Shown: positions 58,177 through 64,000 of the stretch, in pieces
Numbering within the stretch: position 1 is the first letter of the stretch
Layout: each line of letters opens with the position of its first letter
Source: an uncultured delta proteobacterium
GTDB lineage: Bacteria > Desulfobacterota > Desulfuromonadia > Desulfuromonadales > BM103
Reading direction: 5' to 3'
Assembly (NCBI GenBank): GCA_963715335.1
Contig: CAVQRZ010000023.1
Location: forward strand, 83,711-147,710
DNA: 64,000 bases
The notes under the pieces: model-generated
Told to the model about the DNA's origin: nothing
Seen by the model: the letters and a program-made list of their open reading frames with translations, nothing else
Databases searched by the model: none
Made by a program: the position numbers and the translations under genes

Positions 58177-58252
58177 GACAAGAAAGGCAGCTCCAGAAGT
58201 AAGAGCCGCCTTAAGTCTGCTGACAAAGTTCATCCAAAATTCGTGATGGAGA

Positions 58253-58765
58253 GGGCAACAGATGGTTCATCTGTTGCCTTTTTCCATTGGACGTTGGAAT
58301 TCAAAGACAAAAGCAAAACCCGGGGGTTGCGCCCCCCGACTGCGCCTTACTCTTTTGCTGGCCCAAAAGAGTAAGCAGAAAAAGGCCTGCGCTGCGCTGG
58401 GCATGTCTGGCGCGTCAGGGCGGCAACCTCAATTCAGACAGGGCTATCCGACCAAATGTCTACATTTCCCCCGCAGGTGACGAGGCTCTTGAGAGCCTCT
58501 CCTTTCGTGGAGATTTGCGTCGATAGGGGTTGTTTTGGCTTTTCCCTTGTAAATCACACGGAAAGGTCAGGTCCTTTGACACAGGGCCGGATCCCCATCA
58601 CAGCAGGTTTTTGAAGTCACAGAAATCCGGCAGAGGAGATGCCCTCCGCAAGGAGAAAGGCACTTTTGCATACTTTTGTTGCCGGACAAAAGTATGGCGT
58701 CCGGCGGGACGCGACCCGCCGGTTTTGTCTTTCCGAAAAAGCAAAAGGACACAGATGAAACGGCC
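58253..58765. repeat. About 0.5-kb structured non-coding element, copy B
   Basis: Begins with GGGCAACAGATGGTTCATCTGTTGCC. The interior matches 32186-32720 closely from about 58389 to 58745. The right-end hairpin is degenerate. Confidence 0.8.
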
Positions 58766-58788
58766 TTTTATCATGTTTCTATGTACTT

Positions 58789-59412
58789 TTAGCCCCACAG
58801 TATCCTGCCTCCGACGAGAATCAACAGACACCCCAGAATTCCCTGGATCACCGGACGGTAGCTCAGGAACAGTGGTTGGAACGTCCGACTCGACACCAGG
58901 CAGGCAACGCTCGTGTACCAGACCAGCGAAATCAGGAACATCGAGATATTCAGGAATACTTTGCCCCACAATGGAAAATCCGGACCCATCACCAGGGTGA
59001 AGAGACTCAGGTAAAAGGCCCAGGCCTTCGGGTTGGTCAGGTTGGTCAACATGCCGGTCCGGTAAGGCACCATGGCTGACGACCCGATCGGCTTGTCCGT
59101 TGCTTTCGGAACAAGCTCACTGCGGCGGGTTCGCAACATGCCCAGGCCAATCCAGGCCAGGTAGCCGCCGCCGACAAACCGCATGATCTCGGCAAAGTGC
59201 GGTAGCGAGTGGACTAACGGCAACAAGCCGACCAGACCGGCGAAAGCAAAGATCCCGCTGCCGGTGGCCACCCCCATCGATGTCAGAACACCTTCACTCC
59301 GGGAACGGTTCAAAGCAGTGTTGGTCACGAGGATAAAGTTTGGTCCTGGTGAAATGATAGCAAGGGCGAAAACCCCCAGAAAAGTAAATATGGCCGGCCA
59401 GATTGATTCCAT
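58789..59412 (-). CDS. LysE/RhtB-family amino-acid exporter
   Basis: 207 aa, six TM segments. ISPGPNFILVTNTAL motif. Confidence 0.85.
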   Translation of the reverse strand: MESIWPAIFTFLGVFALAIISPGPNFILVTNTALNRSRSEGVLTSMGVATGSGIFAFAGLVGLLPLVHSLPHFAEIMRFVGGGYLAWIGLGMLRTRRSELVPKATDKPIGSSAMVPYRTGMLTNLTNPKAWAFYLSLFTLVMGPDFPLWGKVFLNISMFLISLVWYTSVACLVSSRTFQPLFLSYRPVIQGILGCLLILVGGRILWG

Positions 59413-59493
59413 GGCGACAGTTTAGCGATAGTTGTGCAGGAAACAAGAGAAATTGCATCACAAATGTTTTATGTGGCCGCTATCACAAATAAC

Positions 59494-59528
59494 ACAAAAG
59501 CTCCGACCGGGAATCAGTCGGAGCTTTT
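59494..59528 (-). terminator. Terminator of ssrA
   Basis: AAAAGCTCCGAC-9 nt-GTCGGAGCTTTT followed by a T-rich run on the minus strand, directly after the tmRNA 3' end. Confidence 0.75.
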
Positions 59529-59536
59529 GCACAGGA

Positions 59537-59888
59537 TGGTGGAGGTGGCGGGAATCGAACCCGCGTCCGAAAATCTTTCACGTCAGGCGTCTACATGCGT
59601 AGTTCGTGTTTTGCTTAACCCGTAAGAGCTCCCACGAACAGGATATTCTTGCGGGGGAGTCCGCTTAAGTTTCGCCTTCACGCCACGGACACTCGCGAAG
59701 ACTATCCCACTAAATTAGCGTCTCAAAACCCACATGGGCGATGAATCAGGAGACGAGGCAGCAATTAAGCTGCCAGTGCGTAACGAACGTCAGTGTCGGC
59801 GTTTGTTAGTGTTGGGCTTTGTTACGGAGCCAGCCCACTCCGGCATGCAACCAGCGCTTCCAATCCCCGTCGAAACCTTGGCACCCCC
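59537..59888 (-). ncRNA. ssrA: tmRNA (SsrA)
   Basis: 5' end GGGGGUGCCAAGGUUUCGACGGGG. 3' end GCGGGUUCGAUUCCCGCCACCUCCACCA. Internal tag frame 59765-59800 encodes ADTDVRYALAA-stop. Lies adjacent to smpB. Confidence 0.95.
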
Positions 59889-59903
59889 TTTAAGTTCGGA
59901 ACC

Positions 59904-59961
59904 GAGAGGCGCGAGGCGAGTGGCGCGAAAAGGATTATTCGCACTTCGCACTTCGCACTTC
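59904..59961. repeat. Heptamer-periodic imperfect palindrome between smpB and ssrA
   Basis: Left arm GAGAGGC GCGAGGC GAGTGGC GCGAAAA. Right arm TTCGCAC TTCGCAC TTCGCAC TTC. Confidence 0.75.
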
Positions 59962-60004
59962 AATAGTCTCATATTTATTGCTATAAATCAATCGGTTAAA
60001 AGAA

Positions 60005-60460
60005 CTATCTCGAGTGATCTCTCACCGCACGGCTGGCCTCTCGATCAGCCTGCTTGCGCTTGAGAGTCTCGCGCTTGTCGTAAAGCTTCTTACCGCGACA
60101 GACGCCGATTTCAAGCTTGGCGCGACTGTCTTTGAAGTAGATCTTGGTCGGCACCAGGGTCAGCCCTTTTTCATCGACTTTTTTGCTCAGTTTGTCGATC
60201 TCGATGCGGTTCAGCAGCAGCTTGCGTGAACGCAGCGGATCGTGGTTCTCGCGGTTGCCCTGCTCATACGGGCTGATGTTCATGTTGTCGACGAACACCT
60301 CGCCATTGCGAATCCGGCAGTAAGATTCCTTGATGCTGACCTGCCCCATGCGAATCGACTTGACCTCGGTCCCCTGCAGAGCAAGGCCCGCCTCGAATAC
60401 TTCGTCAACGAAGTACTCGTGGTAAGCCTTCTTGTTGTTGGCGATAATTTTTATACCCAT
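60005..60460 (-). CDS. smpB: SsrA-binding protein
   Basis: [10 protein letters not shown]...GTEVKS...SRKLLL signature. 151 aa. Confidence 0.95.
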   Translation of the reverse strand: MGIKIIANNKKAYHEYFVDEVFEAGLALQGTEVKSIRMGQVSIKESYCRIRNGEVFVDNMNISPYEQGNRENHDPLRSRKLLLNRIEIDKLSKKVDEKGLTLVPTKIYFKDSRAKLEIGVCRGKKLYDKRETLKRKQADREASRAVRDHSR

Positions 60461-60471
60461 AATTAACCGAA

Positions 60472-60600
60472 TCGCGAGGTGCGAAGTGCGAACCGCGAGA
60501 AATCTTTCTCTAGACCAGCATGTTTCAGGATGTCTTAATCGTAAAAGCCGAATAACAAGTTTTTAATAATTATCCTGCCTCGCGCCTCGCACTTCGCGCT
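60472..60600. repeat. Heptamer-type inverted arms separated by a roughly 70-nt AT-rich spacer
   Basis: CGCGAGGTGCGAAGTGCGAACCGCGAG at 60472-60498. CCTCGCGCCTCGCACTTCGCGC at 60577-60598. Confidence 0.65.
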
Positions 60601-61048
60601 ACGGGACTTCATCCCTAAGGATAGCAACGATTTTAGGCATATATGCCTCTTTCGACAAGGCGCTGCTGCCAACCCGGAGGATGACGAAACTGCCGATCAT
60701 GAAGAAAACCCCGAATATCGCCGAGAGCAGGTTCGGTTCGAGGCCGACGTCCAGCTTCTCCCCCACGGCCTTGCCGACCAGAGCACCGAGCACCAGGGCG
60801 ATCAGCGGGACGATGTAGAGCAGAAACGATGACTGCAGAAAAGACCGGGTCGTGGTAGCGATCCGTACATGGTCACCCACCTCCGCCCCAAGATCGTTCC
60901 TGACCTCGATCAGGCGGGTGTGATTATCATCACCGATCATGCAGCTGCCACTGGTCGCACAGTGCTCACAGAGACTGCTCTTGCGGCACATGACCACAGC
61001 GGTGGCCTTGCCCTTCAATTCAACGACTGTTCCATTTTCTTCTATCAT
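60599..61048 (-). CDS. RseC/MucC-family (SoxR-reducing system) protein
   Basis: GTVVELKGKATAVVMCRKSSLCEHCATSGSC, then two TM helices. Confidence 0.8.
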   Translation of the reverse strand: MIEENGTVVELKGKATAVVMCRKSSLCEHCATSGSCMIGDDNHTRLIEVRNDLGAEVGDHVRIATTTRSFLQSSFLLYIVPLIALVLGALVGKAVGEKLDVGLEPNLLSAIFGVFFMIGSFVILRVGSSALSKEAYMPKIVAILRDEVP

Positions 61049-61108
61049 GTCATATATTTACACTAGTAAAAACAAAACTGTCTTAACGATGCCGAGCCTC
61101 GCACAACT

Positions 61109-61786
61109 TCAGTCTACCACATCGGCCTTTTTTACAAGAGGAGGGACCTTCTTTTCAGGCGGAGTCACCATGCCGCCGCTGATGATCAGCTTGAAAGCCT
61201 CTTCCACCGTCATTTTCAGCACGATCAGGTCTTCTTCCGGGACCAGGATGTAAAAGCCCGACGTCGGATTCGGCGTCGTCGGTACAAACACGTTGACCAG
61301 GTTTTCAGCGGTCACCCGTTGCACTTCACCCGTGGACTTCCCTGTGACGAAAGCGACCGCCCAGATCTCCTTGCGCGGGTATTCGATCAGGACCACTTTG
61401 CGGAAAGCCCCATGGTCGCGTTTCAAAACTGTATCGGAAACCTGTTTGAACAGCGTGTACACCCCCTTGACGAGCGGGATCCGGTCAACCAGATTTTCCG
61501 AAAAAGTCACCAGGGAACGACCGAAGATATTCGCTGCCAGAACACCGACCAGCAAAATCAGCAGAAACGTAGCCACCAGGCTGATGCCTGGCACCGGGAT
61601 CCCGTACAGCACCTCAGGCCGCAGGATTTCAGGCAGAACTGAGATGAGCAGGCTGTTGATGAAGCGGAACAGCCAGCGGATCACCAGGACGGTCATGCTG
61701 ATCGGCACGACCACCAGCAGGCCGGTCAGAAAATATTTCTTCAGCTTGTGACGAAACAGCCGGTTGAACGCAGAAAGTCGAGCCAT
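61109..61786 (-). CDS. DUF502-family membrane protein
   Basis: FLTGLLVVVPISMTVLVIRWLF...IPLVKGVY pattern. 225 aa. Confidence 0.8.
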   Translation of the reverse strand: MARLSAFNRLFRHKLKKYFLTGLLVVVPISMTVLVIRWLFRFINSLLISVLPEILRPEVLYGIPVPGISLVATFLLILLVGVLAANIFGRSLVTFSENLVDRIPLVKGVYTLFKQVSDTVLKRDHGAFRKVVLIEYPRKEIWAVAFVTGKSTGEVQRVTAENLVNVFVPTTPNPTSGFYILVPEEDLIVLKMTVEEAFKLIISGGMVTPPEKKVPPLVKKADVVD

Positions 61787-61833
61787 AAAACCTCATCGGA
61801 CAGGGGTTGCCAGCGGTGTATTATAGAGGCAGC

Positions 61834-63106
61834 TTAAGATTCCGGCAAGACGTTCCGCGCACCAAGGTAAAGATGGTTGACCACAGCGTTCTCACCAGCA
61901 GCACAGAGAGCCTCTTCGAGTTCGGCCATGGAGGGCAAACCGGGCAGGCTGACGATCTGAAAAGAGGCGTCGCAGCCAACCGCAAGCTGCCCTGTCCTCC
62001 CCTGCAGTCCCAGCGCACGGGAGCCTCCCAGGGTTGCAATTTCCAGCCATTTGCGCGGGGCAACATCACCGTCAAACCAACTTCGCGCAAAAGCCAGTTC
62101 ATCCCAGATCGACAGGCTCGTTGTACTGGCCAGGCTGTCGGTACCCAGAGAGAGGGGCAGACCAGCCTTCAGGTAGGCTGCGACAGGCGCCTTGCCGATA
62201 TTCAAGGCGGCATTGGAGCGCGGGCAGAGAGCAAGGCTGCAGGCTTGGCTTTTGAGCAGGGCGATATCTGCTTCATTTACCTGTACGCCATGCACCACGA
62301 GATCATTCTTGCGCAACCGCCCTGCCCGGCATAGAGCCTGGACCGGGCTGCAACCGGCAGGAGGCTCGGTCGCGGGGTCCCAGCGCGCAGCGGCATAGAG
62401 TTTTTCTGCAATGGCCCCCTTCCCCTCCTGCATAAAAAGGGTTTCGTCTGCAGATTCAGCGAGGTGGATGCTGCTTTGCAGCGCCTGCTCCGAGGCAAAG
62501 GCAAAGACCTGGTCCATGGCAGAGGCAGACAACGTATAAGGGGCATGAGGAGAGAGGCCCCAGTTCAACGCCGGTCCGGGTCGTCTGCAGAGCATTGACC
62601 TGATTATGGCCAATCGGTCGGACACGACGCCTGAATCGTGCCCAAGGACCTCCGCAAACACCTGCCCATACAATGGTGATTCCCGATAAGCATCGACTAC
62701 CGGCAAAGTTGTGAAGATGTCGCCAACGGCGCCGGTCCCTGACCTCAAGGACTCTTCCAGGCCGCTGGCAAGAGACTCTCTGACCTGCTTGACGTCAACA
62801 GTGCGGCGCACCCTTACCAGCCGGAGGATCCAGTCGACAAAGTCTTCGGGTGCTTCAGCCTCATCTGCGGCAGCGGCCCAATCAGGGAAAGAGCTGAGCT
62901 CAAGGTGGGTGTGTGCGTTGACCATCGGCGGCATCAGAACCACATCACCGAAATCAGTCTGCTTCGCCCCGGCAGAAGTCCCTGTGCAGCTCGGAGCGCG
63001 AGCCGACAGCAAGAATCCGTCCGTCAGCAACGAGCAAAGCCCCGTCTTCAATCGGCGGGGCCGCTATCGGCAGGAGATACCTGGCCGTGTAGAGAGAAAG
63101 TGCCAT
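61834..63106 (-). pseudogene. Amidohydrolase (chlorohydrolase/nucleoside-deaminase family), apparently interrupted by a 1-nt frameshift near 62957-63000
   Basis: ATG 63106 opens MALSLYTARYLLPIAAPPIEDGALLVADGRILAVGSRSEL..., a typical N-terminus, and stops at 62954. The body (TDFGDVVLMPPMVNAHTHLE...) is in another frame. The span of 1273 nt is not a multiple of 3. Confidence 0.6.
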
Positions 63107-63117
63107 AGCAGAATCGA

Positions 63118-64000
63118 TCAGGCACACGCCGTGGATGGCTGCTCACTGATGCCGGCGCACAGCGACTCGACGTGCTGCAGGAGTTCCTGAATATCCTGCT
63201 GCAGAACGATGGTGCATTGTTCGTCGAGCACCGACCTGAGAAGATCATCCGTGGTCAGCGGGTTGGCCAGGACAACACGCAGCACAGTGACCTGTTGCCC
63301 TGAACTGAAAGTCTGCAGCCGGGTTCTCGATACGAAGGTTTTACCGGCTTCACGTTGGTCCTTCTGCAGCAGTTGGTTGACCTGGTCCAGATGCTGGTTG
63401 ATCTGATCACGCTGTTCGTCCGTCGCCTTGCTCAGGGCATCCTGCACGGCCGCCGGGCAATACCGATAAGTCAGGATGTTCAGTTCCGGGGGGCTGGTCA
63501 ACTCGAAATGGGGGTGCTGGCGAATCATTTCAGCAAAGACTCTCGCCCTTTCGATCCCCATATCGATCAGCAGTTCATAGCCCTTGCGGCCGATGATCGA
63601 CAAGCCGGCATGGACCAGCAGCGCCTTGCCGGGGCGGGACCCTTCCAGCGTGTGGCTGCCGAGGTCCTTGGAGCCGTGGCGCAAGATGTAATTGGCATGA
63701 TGCTCAATAGCGGAAAGAGCCGTGGGGTCCCTGAAAACAACCATCCCCGCCCCCATCGGCACATACAGCTGTTTGTGGGCGTCGATCGTTACCGAGTCTG
63801 CACCTTCGATACCACCCAGGAGGTGACGATGGCGTTCCGAGAACAGGGTCGGCCCGCCCCACGCCGCATCGACGTGGAAGTGGCAACCGGCCTCTGCGGC
63901 CAGCGCCGCCATCTCTGCGAGCGGATCGACATTGCCGGTCTCGGTGGTACCGGCGATCCCGACCAGGGCCAACGGGCGGATATTTTCCTGGTGCAGGCGT
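63118..64000 (-). CDS. PLP-dependent group II decarboxylase-like protein, C-terminal part (gene runs off the window end)
   Basis: SVTIDAHKQLYVPMGAGMVVF PLP-lysine motif. The frame is open to nt 64000. Confidence 0.75.
   Translation of the reverse strand, partial: RLHQENIRPLALVGIAGTTETGNVDPLAEMAALAAEAGCHFHVDAAWGGPTLFSERHRHLLGGIEGADSVTIDAHKQLYVPMGAGMVVFRDPTALSAIEHHANYILRHGSKDLGSHTLEGSRPGKALLVHAGLSIIGRKGYELLIDMGIERARVFAEMIRQHPHFELTSPPELNILTYRYCPAAVQDALSKATDEQRDQINQHLDQVNQLLQKDQREAGKTFVSRTRLQTFSSGQQVTVLRVVLANPLTTDDLLRSVLDEQCTIVLQQDIQELLQHVESLCAGISEQPSTACA

Noticed and set aside
58253-59537. Genomic island integrated at the 3' end of ssrA
   Set aside because: No integrase was seen, and I noticed no direct repeat of the tmRNA 3' end. 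Only a LysE exporter and the repeat element lie there.

Overview
The window is a 64-kb piece of a high-GC bacterial chromosome. Gene content and the tmRNA tag ending in YALAA look Desulfuromonadales/Geobacter-like, but that is inference only. About 85% is housekeeping, mostly on the minus strand:
- hcp
- a REC-GAF-GGDEF diguanylate cyclase
- mutM, ugd-galE, and rnc-rSAM-era
- tmk-holB-PSP1-metG and a TatD-rSAM fusion
- csp
- a sulfur-trafficking run: cysE, an Rrf2 regulator, nifS, nifU, mnmA, mtaB
- ilvA, class I fumarase, lrgAB
- hfq-miaA-mutL
- an ExeA-like ATPase with large TPR proteins
- pgi, rluB, a GspE-like ATPase, ssrA-smpB

The standout is a more AT-rich accessory block at about 32.2-39.4 kb. 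It carries a complete RiPP-type cassette:
- two PqqD-like proteins
- two radical SAM/SPASM enzymes
- a 68-aa Cys/Gly/Ser/Thr-rich candidate precursor with its own near-consensus sigma70 promoter
- an HPr-kinase-like P-loop protein
- a Sec11/SipW-type (Ser/His) S26 peptidase
- an ABC exporter

Its core resembles what I recall as the SynChlorMet (Scm) cassette, for which I recall no precursor or product being assigned.

Other notable signals:
- An OsmC-family gene has an in-frame TGA at the conserved Cys position and a SECIS-like hairpin, making it a candidate selenoprotein.
- A roughly 0.5-kb structured non-coding element occurs in two copies, bounded by a REP-like hairpin that occurs four times.
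- A family of intergenic imperfect palindromes is built from tandem heptanucleotide units.
- At least five genes need a 1-nt frame correction, which means either assembly error or real decay.

No transposase, integrase, CRISPR array, rRNA or tRNA gene was seen.
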